DNA from: a virus
Lineage: Duplodnaviria > Caudoviricetes
Direction: 5' to 3' (one strand)
Length of the DNA stretch: 56,677 nt
IMG/VR virus record: IMGVR_UViG_3300001847_000386
Coordinates: 1 to 56,677 of that record
Under the pieces are notes generated by a model. That model did not search any database and was not told the DNA's origin. It was given only the letters and a program-made list of their open reading frames with translations. This document shows, piece by piece, positions 1-8,050 of this stretch (its first letter is position 1; every line of letters begins with the position of its first letter). The position numbers were made by a program, and so were the translations under genes.

Positions 1-111
1 GGAGGCTTCCAAATGAATGAAAGGCAAGCAAGGCCTATCACCAACCCTTTTACAGACCTACAGTTGAACCAAGACCTATGGCAGTTAGCCGAGGCCTTCG
101 AGAAGAACTAG
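1..111 (+). CDS. 3' end of DUF932/DUF945-family protein (partial)
   Basis: Frame 1 reads GGFQMNERQARPITNPFTDLQLNQDLWQLAEAFEKN* (TAG 109-111). The R-x-I...D-x-x-LN-x-x-LW-x-LAE ending resembles DUF932 C-termini. Confidence 0.55.
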   Translation, partial: GGFQMNERQARPITNPFTDLQLNQDLWQLAEAFEKN

Positions 112-225
112 TAGTGCGCTAACGGTCACAGGCTCCCCACTAGCATGGTATTAGCAGTATGCCAAAGCCATAATTGTTGTAGATAGCAACTTGCTGGTGG
201 TAGGGGCCCCGTTGATCCGTCACTA
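112..225. ncRNA. Putative structured ncRNA (long interrupted stem with three-way junction)
   Basis: Nested complementary pairs TAGTG/CACTA, AACGG/CCGTT, GGCTCC/GGGGCC and CCACTAGCA/TGCTGGTGG enclose two small hairpins. It is a GC-rich intergenic island; G-U pairs favour the + strand. Confidence 0.55.
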
Positions 226-231
226 ACACCG

Positions 232-273
232 GGGAAATTTTCAACAATACTAATAAAATATTTACATAAATAC
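232..273 (+). promoter_or_regulatory. Repeated early-type promoter, copy 1
   Basis: GGGAAATTTT-N16-ATATTTACATAAATAC, with the same length and conserved ends as 991-1032. ATG follows 6 nt later. Confidence 0.65.
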
Positions 274-279
274 ATTACA

Positions 280-519
280 ATGCAAAAGCAATTCAAAATA
301 GGAGAGTACGCCGTAGGTGGTATAATCAAGATCAGCAAGTCTCAAGATGTGATAACAGTTCAAGCGTTGGACTACAACAGTAAAAAGTGCATCATGGAAG
401 AGCGATTTCACACAGAGAGGCCAGGCTTCATTGCTCAGATAGATCATTTTCTAAACGATCTCACCACCAGTTATTACGCAGACAAAATTATTAATTATAT
501 AAAAACAAAACTCATATGA
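280..519 (+). CDS. hypothetical protein
   Basis: 79-aa ORF directly after the repeated promoter; ATGA-coupled to the next gene. Confidence 0.75.
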   Translation: MQKQFKIGEYAVGGIIKISKSQDVITVQALDYNSKKCIMEERFHTERPGFIAQIDHFLNDLTTSYYADKIINYIKTKLI

Positions 520-701
520 CACAATTACAAATCAGAGAAACAGTATCCGAGCTAGTCAACAATTACGGCAATCGCACAAGTGTGGCAAAAATCAAAGCTT
601 TCTTCAAGCTCAATCACCCGACTGCAGATATATCTGTGGTGTCTCAAGAGGCGAAAGAGTTGATTGCAGAGTTCAGATCTGTCGTTAAGCGAGGCTACTA
701 A
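516..701 (+). CDS. hypothetical protein
   Basis: 61-aa ORF with an A-rich leader (AAAACTCATATGACA, also found before 730). Confidence 0.7.
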   Translation: MTQLQIRETVSELVNNYGNRTSVAKIKAFFKLNHPTADISVVSQEAKELIAEFRSVVKRGY

Positions 702-729
702 TTACATTATCAATCAAAATAAAACTCAT

Positions 730-975
730 ATGACAACAGCAGCAGTATTAATAGGAATATGCATAACAACAAGTTATTTTTTCTTTTTCAGAAATGAAAA
801 GGTGGCAGCATTCAGAAAAAGTATAATTGATCAAGCCTTCAATGGCGATCATTGGTCAGAGAAGATCGAGATCTATCGTGATGGTCCAGGCTATAGCGAA
901 ATGGTATTTAGTTTCAAGCCCCTCAAATTAGAATCATTTTACACACCAGAGGAAATAGAGGTATTAAATAAATAA
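730..975 (+). CDS. hypothetical protein with N-terminal TM segment
   Basis: Probable start at ATG 730 (MTTAAVLIGICITTSYFFFF), which avoids overlap with the previous gene. Confidence 0.7.
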   Translation: MTTAAVLIGICITTSYFFFFRNEKVAAFRKSIIDQAFNGDHWSEKIEIYRDGPGYSEMVFSFKPLKLESFYTPEEIEVLNK

Positions 976-990
976 CCACTTGAAAACTAA

Positions 991-1032
991 GGGAAATTTT
1001 TTAACAAACATTAATTATATTTACATAAATAC
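991..1032 (+). promoter_or_regulatory. Repeated early-type promoter, copy 2
   Basis: First 10 and last 16 nt are identical to 232-273; ATG at 1038. Confidence 0.65.
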
Positions 1033-1037
1033 AAGAT

Positions 1038-1478
1038 ATGAAACTCACAGACTTAAGATCAGGCATGATGGTGGTTACCAGAACAGGCAGAACAGGTATT
1101 GTTTTGCTAAACACAGATAGAGGAGATATAATTGCCTCAGACAGAGCAGACTATGAACGCAAAACATGGAACAGTTTAGAGAGTTACGATGCAGATTTGA
1201 ATTGTATACCAGGGGATTTGTATAGTAATTTCACACACAATGATATAGTAGAGGTGTGGAACTGTGCCAATTCAAACTGTTATGCTGTGAGCTTTGATAA
1301 ACGAGATCGTGAGTTGATATGGAGCAGATCAGTGGTTTCAGAGGTGATTGGAGACAATGTGATAGTAGAGATCAATCCAAAACAGGAAGAAGTGGAAATC
1401 CTAGATCTGAAATTTTCATTTGCCGATATAGAAAAATTGTACAACAAAATAAAAGACACATGCAAAGAGAAACAGTAA
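1038..1478 (+). CDS. hypothetical protein
   Basis: 146-aa ORF behind the promoter repeat. Confidence 0.75.
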   Translation: MKLTDLRSGMMVVTRTGRTGIVLLNTDRGDIIASDRADYERKTWNSLESYDADLNCIPGDLYSNFTHNDIVEVWNCANSNCYAVSFDKRDRELIWSRSVVSEVIGDNVIVEINPKQEEVEILDLKFSFADIEKLYNKIKDTCKEKQ

Positions 1479-1690
1479 ACACATACTCATGGGAAGTGAG
1501 ATGCGTAGACATAGATCCTGACACAGGGAAAGAAAGCAAACCTGTCACAGTGGCAATAGTGAAGCGTCGAGAGTACTTGAATGTGGTATTAGATGCTATC
1601 ACAAATGCAGATGACGAGCCAAACAGAGAGTATTTCGCTACACAAGTGGTTAACACAACAATAACAGATTATTTACCAAATAAATTATAA
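1460..1690 (+). CDS. hypothetical protein
   Basis: Likely start at ATG 1460 (MQRETVNTYSWEV), in frame with track ORF 1319..1690. Confidence 0.6.
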   Translation: MQRETVNTYSWEVRCVDIDPDTGKESKPVTVAIVKRREYLNVVLDAITNADDEPNREYFATQVVNTTITDYLPNKL

Positions 1691-1694
1691 AATT

Positions 1695-2063
1695 ATGGGA
1701 CTAGACATGTTCGCGTACAGAACGAAAAACAAATTAATAAACCAGGTGGATTTTGAAACCTCGGATGCCGATGTGGAGATTGCCTATTGGCGCAAGCACC
1801 CTGATCTACATGGTTGGATGGAAGAATTGTATTATGAACAGGGCGGTACCGAGGACACATTCAATTGTGTGCCTGTGCAACTAGAACTTGAAGATCTACA
1901 ATTGCTGAAAGCTGATATAGAAGCCGGAGCGCTGCCTAAGACCACAGGATTTTTCTTTGGTCTATCAGAGCCTGATCGCAAGCACAAGGATCTAGAATTT
2001 GTTGAGGCTGCAATGAAGGCTATTGCAGAAGGAGATCAAGTATATTACACCAGTTGGTGGTAA
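1695..2063 (+). CDS. conserved phage hypothetical protein (MGLDM...YWRK...WW family)
   Basis: Motifs MGLDMFAY, EIAYWRKHPDLHGWME, TTGFFFG and YYTSWW, typical of a widespread phage family. Confidence 0.75.
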   Translation: MGLDMFAYRTKNKLINQVDFETSDADVEIAYWRKHPDLHGWMEELYYEQGGTEDTFNCVPVQLELEDLQLLKADIEAGALPKTTGFFFGLSEPDRKHKDLEFVEAAMKAIAEGDQVYYTSWW

Positions 2064-2084
2064 ACAAAAACAAAAATTTTTTTT

Positions 2085-2387
2085 ATGGCAACAAGAGTTA
2101 AAGTCACATACGTGGCAATGGATGAGTACAAACCAATTATCACAGCCTCCACATTTGAGGAGCTGCGAGCAGGACTAGATGACTACTTTGGAGTGGGTTG
2201 GCCAGGGTCTGATTCTTTATGTATGGGATTTATACCCTATGAGACCAAATACCCTGACACCTACGAGGGTCACTACACCTATTCGTACACCACTAAAGAC
2301 ACCAGGACTGGCCTTATCAAGACAGAACTAGAAGTGATCAAAGTGTATTGCGTGGACTACCACCCTCACACCGTTTATGAAATTTAA
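2085..2387 (+). CDS. hypothetical protein
   Basis: 100-aa ORF in the co-oriented cluster. Confidence 0.7.
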   Translation: MATRVKVTYVAMDEYKPIITASTFEELRAGLDDYFGVGWPGSDSLCMGFIPYETKYPDTYEGHYTYSYTTKDTRTGLIKTELEVIKVYCVDYHPHTVYEI

Positions 2388-2397
2388 AACAACAACA

Positions 2398-2511
2398 ATG
2401 AAACACAAATTTGAAGATTTTTTATACTTTATGACCTTATGGTTTAGTGCGAGTGTGATAGTACTGTTTGCACTTGTCACTTTTGTTAAACTTTTAAAAC
2501 ACTTATCATGA
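2398..2511 (+). CDS. small hydrophobic membrane peptide (37 aa)
   Basis: MKHKFEDFLYFMTLWFSASVIVLFALVTFVKLLKHLS*. Fills the gap and is ATGA-coupled to 2508. Confidence 0.5.
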   Translation: MKHKFEDFLYFMTLWFSASVIVLFALVTFVKLLKHLS

Positions 2512-2708
2512 TAACAGGTAAAGAAATAATAGAGAAATTCTACACAGGTCCTGCCAATTGTGTTCTAAGCCTTGAGGCTTTACAGGAATGCGAGGAATGT
2601 GAGGATCTAGAGAGCCTAATGCAAACAGTTTCCCGGCACATGGACTTCGATAACAAGGCTCAATGCGCGTTATTTATTATGGACCATTTGGATTGGGAAC
2701 TAGATTAG
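2508..2708 (+). CDS. hypothetical protein
   Basis: 66-aa acidic ORF. Confidence 0.65.
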   Translation: MITGKEIIEKFYTGPANCVLSLEALQECEECEDLESLMQTVSRHMDFDNKAQCALFIMDHLDWELD

Positions 2709-2813
2709 AGTGTATACAAGTACATAGATTTATACTGAGTGCCCGAACTCTACACTTTGGGTTTAAATTTTTATTCCTCAAATTACCGTTTTAAATTTAT
2801 AAAAAAACAAGTT

Positions 2814-3056
2814 ATGGATTATATTAGACACTGCCATGTATATGATGGCACTAAATGTAACTGCCCTGAAGGCACCTGTCGCAGACAGCAAGCAGATGAT
2901 GATGCTAAATTATACGAACAGAGAGCTCAAGAAGAGGAGTCAAGACTTATTGACTTGCTTATAGACTTTCAAATCTATTTGAAGGATGCAGGTTATATAA
3001 ATGACCATGACTGGACTTGGGAAGATGAAGCCACTACATTTTTAAGACAACGCTAA
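2814..3056 (+). CDS. hypothetical protein with Cys/His-rich N-terminus
   Basis: Likely start at ATG 2814 after an AAGTTATG context; HCH...CNC...C. Confidence 0.65.
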   Translation: MDYIRHCHVYDGTKCNCPEGTCRRQQADDDAKLYEQRAQEEESRLIDLLIDFQIYLKDAGYINDHDWTWEDEATTFLRQR

Positions 3057-3072
3057 ACCTAATACTTATAAT

Positions 3073-3390
3073 ATGAGAGAAATTAAAGTTGGACCTGTTC
3101 CTGGGTATGAAAATATGAAGTTCTTAAAGAAGACAAAGCCTGAACCTAAAAGATTGAAATGGCATACTAGTTATGGAAGTCTTTATGTTTATGATGATCA
3201 AGGCAATTCTGTTACTATTGCCAGAGGAAATGGAGATGTGTGGGTTAGAGATATGTACTCAGATGGAGAATCATTAGACCTTTCTGAGTGTGATTATGAT
3301 TTCTTTAGCCACCCGCTTTGTCCATTCTCTTATGAAGACCTGAGAGATTTTATTGACAACTATCAAGATTACGTTGGCACAAGATATTAA
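3073..3390 (+). CDS. hypothetical protein
   Basis: 105-aa ORF. Confidence 0.7.
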   Translation: MREIKVGPVPGYENMKFLKKTKPEPKRLKWHTSYGSLYVYDDQGNSVTIARGNGDVWVRDMYSDGESLDLSECDYDFFSHPLCPFSYEDLRDFIDNYQDYVGTRY

Positions 3391-3412
3391 TTTAAAATAA
3401 AAAATAAAAGTT

Positions 3413-3610
3413 ATGATTTCAAAGACAATCTTATTAAAAGCAGAAAACAATTTTGGTGTAGATGTGGTATTAGAAGTGCAAGAATCAGTAGAGAAGGTAG
3501 GAATAAACAAATCATGGGAAACATTTGAACACTTAGAACAATACGATCATGTTCAGTGTCTAGAGTTCTTATATCCTGCTGATGAATTTGCTTCAGGATC
3601 TTTCTATTAA
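3413..3610 (+). CDS. hypothetical protein
   Basis: 65-aa ORF with AAGTTATG start context. Confidence 0.65.
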   Translation: MISKTILLKAENNFGVDVVLEVQESVEKVGINKSWETFEHLEQYDHVQCLEFLYPADEFASGSFY

Positions 3611-3619
3611 GATTTAAAT

Positions 3620-3692
3620 TGATCCTTAGCTCAGTTGGTAGAGCAGCTGACTCATAATCAGCGGGTCACAGGTTCAAGTCCTGTAGGGTCAA
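3620..3692 (+). tRNA. tRNA with CAT anticodon (Ile2-lysidine or elongator Met)
   Basis: Acceptor TGATCCT/AGGGTCA, anticodon arm GCTGA-CTCATAA-TCAGC, T arm ACAGG-TTCAAGT-CCTGT; no encoded CCA. Confidence 0.9.
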
Positions 3693-3697
3693 CAAAC

Positions 3698-3832
3698 AGC
3701 CCGTAGGCCGCGGGATCGAAAAACAGAGAGCGCCTCTCAGAATCGACTTCATGTCGTGCACAGGCGTACCAGTCTCTTCGAATCGTTCGTCGACAAAGTT
3801 GGCAACTCTTACATGAGGTTCAAAAGTTGCAA
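3698..3832. ncRNA. Putative structured ncRNA within tRNA cluster
   Basis: Nested pairs TCGAA/TTCGA, GAGA/TCTC, CGCCT/AGGCG and CGAC/GTCG, flanked by CCCG/CGGG and GCAACT/AGTTGC hairpins. Confidence 0.4.
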
Positions 3833-3835
3833 AAT

Positions 3836-3958
3836 AGTCAGGTGGCGGAATGTAGACGCATGTTTAGCGGGAGCACTGCAAGAAATACTTACCGTTAGCA
3901 TTATCCAACGCAGCGGCCTCAGTGCCGAGTATTGCTGGTTCAAGTCCAGTCCTGACTA
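3836..3958 (+). ncRNA. tRNA-like RNA (Leu-type D arm, intact acceptor and T arms) with expanded non-canonical core
   Basis: AGTCAGG/CCTGACT acceptor plus A, TGGCGGAATGTAGACGC D arm, GCTGG-TTCAAGT-CCAGT T arm. About 75 nt replace the anticodon/variable arms. Confidence 0.65.
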
Positions 3959-4040
3959 CTTTAAACAGTCTAACAAATACCTGTGCTGAAATGTCGACTG
4001 CAATTCAGGGATATGTAGGTCGTGACTTACCACGAAATAT

Positions 4041-4113
4041 GCCGAGGTAGCTCAGTTGGTAGAGCAGCTGATTTGTAATCAGCAGGTCATGGGTTCGACT
4101 CCCTTTTTCGGCT
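4041..4113 (+). tRNA. tRNA-Thr(TGT)
   Basis: GCCGAGG/TTTCGGC acceptor, GCTGA-TTTGTAA-TCAGC anticodon arm, GGTTCGACTCC T loop. Confidence 0.9.
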
Positions 4114-4123
4114 CTAATAATAT

Positions 4124-4194
4124 TGCGACTTGATGTAACGGTAGCATCACAGATTTTGATTCTGTTCGTTCTGGTTCGAATCCAGGAGTCGTAA
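4124..4194 (+). tRNA. tRNA-Gln(TTG)
   Basis: TGCGACT/AGTCGTA acceptor, ACAGA-TTTTGAT-TCTGT anticodon arm, GGTTCGAATCC. Confidence 0.9.
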
Positions 4195-4198
4195 CAAT

Positions 4199-4270
4199 GC
4201 CGCGTTGGTCAAGAGGTTAAGACGCCTCCCTTTCACGGAGGAATCACGGGTTCGAGTCCCGTACGTGGTA
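4199..4270 (+). tRNA. tRNA-Glu(TTC)
   Basis: GCCGCGT/ACGTGGT acceptor, CCTCC-CTTTCAC-GGAGG anticodon arm, ACGGG-TTCGAGT-CCCGT. Confidence 0.92.
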
Positions 4271-4362
4271 CAAACTATTCCGAGGTAACAACGCTAGGGC
4301 TCCATGCCTTAGTACCGGTAGGGCTCTATGGCAGCTCAAAAGATTGTTTTTAAATTAAAGTT

Positions 4363-4566
4363 ATGGACACAGAATCTCTTAAAAACTCTTATAAAGACTA
4401 TCTACACTATTGTAAGAACAACACTTGGAATTGGGATATGATAACTAATCATCTTAAGAAGACAGAAGGCAGAGTAGAAAATTACTATTCAGAATTTAGT
4501 TTTGAAGAGTTTGTTAAAAAGTGTAAGGCGGATGAGTCATTTTCTGTAAGATGGTTTAAAAAATAA
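4363..4566 (+). CDS. hypothetical protein
   Basis: 67-aa ORF with AAGTTATG start. Confidence 0.65.
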   Translation: MDTESLKNSYKDYLHYCKNNTWNWDMITNHLKKTEGRVENYYSEFSFEEFVKKCKADESFSVRWFKK

Positions 4567-4626
4567 TTGGCTAAAATAATAAAAGAGTCTTTATTAAATT
4601 AATCCAAAAATATACTAATTTAAGTC

Positions 4627-4634
4627 ATATTTAT
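4627..4634 (+). promoter_or_regulatory. Putative late promoter motif ATATTTAT (first of about 15 strand-concordant copies)
   Basis: Other + copies at 8026, 9166, 10647, 11058, 12467, 13692, 43448, 46744 and 53490. Reverse-complement copies at 14873, 16787, 22517, 35499 and 39165 lie upstream of - strand genes. Confidence 0.65.
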
Positions 4635-4638
4635 TCAT

Positions 4639-4974
4639 ATGATAAGACTAACTGATATACTAAATGAAGTAGCACTATCAAATGGAATAGATGCCGATAC
4701 ACTAAAGTCGGACACTGATAAAAAGAAATTTGTAGAGCTAGGTTACATTTCGGAATACCCTGATGTTACAATAATATACATTAACAGCATATATTCAAAG
4801 ACGAGTAACTACATACTTGAGAAATCAAATAAACAGACATCAGCATACATTAAAGATATGGATAGGCAATTTCGTAAAGAATATGGAATAAGAATATACC
4901 TACATGAGTTAGGGATATCGGACTCAATTACTGCAAAGATAATGGCACAACCTGATAAATACAAAGCAATATAA
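4639..4974 (+). CDS. hypothetical protein with MIRLTDILNE leader (putative capsid-internal protein)
   Basis: Leader motif; first 26 nt identical to the next gene. Confidence 0.75.
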   Translation: MIRLTDILNEVALSNGIDADTLKSDTDKKKFVELGYISEYPDVTIIYINSIYSKTSNYILEKSNKQTSAYIKDMDRQFRKEYGIRIYLHELGISDSITAKIMAQPDKYKAI

Positions 4975-4977
4975 GTA

Positions 4978-6387
4978 ATGATAAGACTAACTGATATACT
5001 AAAACAAGTTTTAATTAAAGAGTCTGGAATACGAGACATAAATAAACTTGCTAAAGAGAATAATAAAGCAGATCTGTATTTCCATATGGATCTTGACGGT
5101 GTCACAAGTGCTATTGGTATGAAAGCCTATTTAGAAAAATATGGCATTCAAGTAGTAAATGCAGAACATATACAGTATGGAGGTCGTGAATATTCTGCTC
5201 CTAAGCCAACACCAGGACATATGGTAGTTCTTGTTGACTTTGCTCATGGCAAACCTAATGTGACAATACATACAGATCATCATGAAGCGCAAAGCGGGGT
5301 AGAAAAAGGAACTGCCTCTAATTTTAAGAAAACTCCATCTAATGTAGCGACTATATCTCAAGAGATTTCTCCATCAGACATATTTCCAACAGAAGACATA
5401 CAAATAATATCTACAGTAGACTCTGCTGACTTTGCTAGACAGGGTATCAGTGTAGATCAAGTACTTAATACAGCATTTAAATATGATCCCAAAAGTTCAG
5501 TAAAAATGAACAGATTGACTATGGGATTAGTGACTAATAAAATAATATTAGCTTTTAAAGGTCAACCTAGATTTTTAGAGAACATAGTTATGGAAGCTGA
5601 GCCTTCTTTAACAAGTATCTATAATGTGGCTTTAAAGAATGCAAAAAAAGCTGGACTAAAACCAGAAGATTTAGCAAGTGCACAAGCGGGATATATTAAA
5701 GGACAAAGTCCTGAAATTAAAAAGAAAGTGTTATCTTCTCCTGCTGATATTGCAGATTTACATAATGGAGAATACGGTATGATTGGAAATGTATTAGTAC
5801 AATATGGATTAGGTTCACAAAAAGGTGGTGGATATGATAGATATGTTCCATTTAAAATGAATCCTACTGCTGATTATATGATTCTTGGTTATCCTATGGG
5901 ATTGATACAAGCAGCTAAAAATCCATTTAAAGAGGGCACAAATAAATTTAATCTTGGTGATATTGCGATGAAGATCTTGGATAAGTATAAACCTTATTTA
6001 GAAAAAAAGATACTTACTTTAAGAGATATAAAGAAAACAATGGAGTCTGATATAGAAAGATCTGGATCAGAAAAATCATTTGGCTTTACTCTAAAAGATA
6101 TGGTTGCACTATTTGGAGACAAGATTAAAGGTATGCCTCCTACAGAAAGAAGAGATTTATTAGATACTATAGCAAATAAACAGTATAGAAATTTAACTCC
6201 AGAAGAAAAAATACAATTAGAATCTATAAAAATTAATGCTTACGATTTAATAAAGAAACAATCAGGTGGTCATAAAGATATTACTAATATATCTGGTTTA
6301 AATTTCTTATTTGACGATACAGTAAAATTTACTAAACAAATAATGCAAGACTTAGCCGATGAGTTAAAAACTGCAAAATTATCATAA
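4978..6387 (+). CDS. DHH-family phosphoesterase with leader peptide
   Basis: FHMDLDG (motif I), LVDF (motif II), TDHH (motif III), D in TVDSADF and C-terminal SGGH. Confidence 0.8.
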   Translation: MIRLTDILKQVLIKESGIRDINKLAKENNKADLYFHMDLDGVTSAIGMKAYLEKYGIQVVNAEHIQYGGREYSAPKPTPGHMVVLVDFAHGKPNVTIHTDHHEAQSGVEKGTASNFKKTPSNVATISQEISPSDIFPTEDIQIISTVDSADFARQGISVDQVLNTAFKYDPKSSVKMNRLTMGLVTNKIILAFKGQPRFLENIVMEAEPSLTSIYNVALKNAKKAGLKPEDLASAQAGYIKGQSPEIKKKVLSSPADIADLHNGEYGMIGNVLVQYGLGSQKGGGYDRYVPFKMNPTADYMILGYPMGLIQAAKNPFKEGTNKFNLGDIAMKILDKYKPYLEKKILTLRDIKKTMESDIERSGSEKSFGFTLKDMVALFGDKIKGMPPTERRDLLDTIANKQYRNLTPEEKIQLESIKINAYDLIKKQSGGHKDITNISGLNFLFDDTVKFTKQIMQDLADELKTAKLS

Positions 6388-6390
6388 CAA

Positions 6391-6591
6391 ATGCTTGAAT
6401 TTAAAAATCCTATACCTGTAATTGTTGAAGATGGTATAGAAGGTTATGCAATCTATGTCACTAATAGTGGAACTTTTGAAAATGATATTTGGTGCGTGGT
6501 CCATTGTAATGGAGGAATTGTGAGGCATTATAGAACAGACCAAATAAAAATCTATAAAAATTTAACTTTTGATATAAATAAAACCAATTAA
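6391..6591 (+). CDS. hypothetical protein
   Basis: 66-aa beta-rich ORF. Confidence 0.7.
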   Translation: MLEFKNPIPVIVEDGIEGYAIYVTNSGTFENDIWCVVHCNGGIVRHYRTDQIKIYKNLTFDINKTN

Positions 6592-6631
6592 AATTTGGTG
6601 GTGTATATTTATGATTGAACTAATCTACACC

Positions 6632-6766
6632 ATGAAAAAAATAAAAAATCGTTGCAGAAAAATCAAAAGAAAGCACATAAAAAAGAAGTTATTAATTATG
6701 CTCCATAAAGGCTTAAAATCAAAAGGAGAGAGTATTTTATTATCACAAGGTCGCGGTTTATTATAG
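6632..6766 (+). CDS. small very basic protein (44 aa), uncertain
   Basis: MKKIKNRCRKIKRKHIKKKLLIMLHKGLKSKGESILLSQGRGLL*. Confidence 0.35.
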   Translation: MKKIKNRCRKIKRKHIKKKLLIMLHKGLKSKGESILLSQGRGLL

Positions 6767-6976
6767 TTTTAATTCTATACTTAGCGCGCATATTTTTAAT
6801 TTAATTAACTATTATAATTAGATTAGACTCTATTTATTAGTTATTATTCAAAAGCCTACCAAATCGAGCCTATTGCGGCTATATTGCATTTTAAGTATCA
6901 ATTAGTTATATATTATTTTTTTTAATATATATAACGTATTGATTCTCTATCAACTATTTTTAAAATAGTTATCAAA

Positions 6977-7012
6977 AAATTTTACCATGTCAATTATTTG
7001 TTGTACTTTTAC
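6977..7012 (+). promoter_or_regulatory. Bacteroidota-sigma-like promoter
   Basis: AAATTTT-N20-TACTTTTAC upstream of 7062; a similar arrangement at 41677-41711 precedes the primase. Confidence 0.4.
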
Positions 7013-7061
7013 AACAATCAGCCAATATTGGTTATGATATAATAAAAAAAATTAATAAGTT

Positions 7062-7796
7062 ATGGCACTTTCAAAACGCAGTTTAGATCAAGCAAAACAA
7101 GTATTAAAAGAAATTTATGACTCAGGAGTTGACGCAATTGTTACTAGAGCTACTTTAGACAAAAAAATTGAACAAGTAAAATTTCCATTTTTAAAAGTTA
7201 TTAGTGAAAAATTCTATAAAGAAAAGAATTTAACAGTTTATGCTAATCAACAATATAATCCAATTAGATATTGGTTAATCGATAATTGGTTTCTTACCTC
7301 AGAAAAAACTAATGGGATCTATACGTATTATGTGAATAGAAATAGAATACGTGAATATTTAATGGGTATTATAGAAATACCTAATAAAAACAAAAAAGCA
7401 GTAAAACAAAAAGTTGAACTTGAAATAGATAGAACTCTTGATGAAGTTTCAAATGAAGACTATGAAAAAATGTGTAATGTCTTAGCTAAGTATAATATCA
7501 CACCAGATCAATTTGATGCTAAAGCAACTAAGGAATTTTATTCAAAAAAAGAGACTACTGTTGGTGGCGCTTATAAGTCTGCTTATTATGATCTTTTGGA
7601 ACAATACAAAGAGTCAGAAGCTAAAAGCGAATCTAGTTATATAGTTACTAGCAAATTAGGTAACGAATATTTAGGTATTATGAGTTTTGGCAAATTAACA
7701 AAATTCTTTGAATCAAAGGATCCAGATCACTATTGCGTTTACGAAATTGCTAAAGAAGTTAAATTAACCAAAGAAACAACTATTAAAATTAAATAA
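7062..7796 (+). CDS. hypothetical protein
   Basis: 244-aa ORF; possible winged-helix-like N-terminus (weak). Confidence 0.75.
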   Translation: MALSKRSLDQAKQVLKEIYDSGVDAIVTRATLDKKIEQVKFPFLKVISEKFYKEKNLTVYANQQYNPIRYWLIDNWFLTSEKTNGIYTYYVNRNRIREYLMGIIEIPNKNKKAVKQKVELEIDRTLDEVSNEDYEKMCNVLAKYNITPDQFDAKATKEFYSKKETTVGGAYKSAYYDLLEQYKESEAKSESSYIVTSKLGNEYLGIMSFGKLTKFFESKDPDHYCVYEIAKEVKLTKETTIKIK

Positions 7797-7802
7797 TAAG
7801 TT

Positions 7803-8024
7803 ATGAACAAAAACATTTATGTAAAAGACGAATACAGAACAAATCCACTGTCTCTTATTCCAGGCGGTCACGAAGTCACTATCACTTACGAAGACGGATT
7901 TTCACAAACATACGATAAGGTTAAAAGTCCAAAAGCATTTGTATCTAAACTTAGAGACCACAGAAAGCGTGGAACGAAGATAATTAGAGTTGTTGTGGAT
8001 GGATCTTTATTTACAGAGTATTAA
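7803..8024 (+). CDS. hypothetical protein
   Basis: 73-aa ORF. Confidence 0.7.
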   Translation: MNKNIYVKDEYRTNPLSLIPGGHEVTITYEDGFSQTYDKVKSPKAFVSKLRDHRKRGTKIIRVVVDGSLFTEY

Positions 8025-8050
8025 CATATTTATTAATAAAAAAATTATTC

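Noticed and set aside
112-225. Hammerhead ribozyme or terminator
   Set aside because: No CUGANGA/GAAA core at the junction and no U-tract.
126-447. Minus-strand ORFs 126..338 and 262..447
   Set aside because: Antisense to the + gene, promoter and structured RNA; shadow frames.
2709-2757. Small hairpin AGTGTA/TACACT with inner GAGT/ACTC
   Set aside because: Short stems compatible with chance; no further support.
3836-3958. tmRNA or group I intron-containing tRNA
   Set aside because: Total length of 123 nt is too short; it retains a D stem and lacks the G3-U70 Ala identity.
3756-3989. 77-aa ORF in track
   Set aside because: Overlaps the tRNA-like element and structured spacer; GTG start with no coding-like context.
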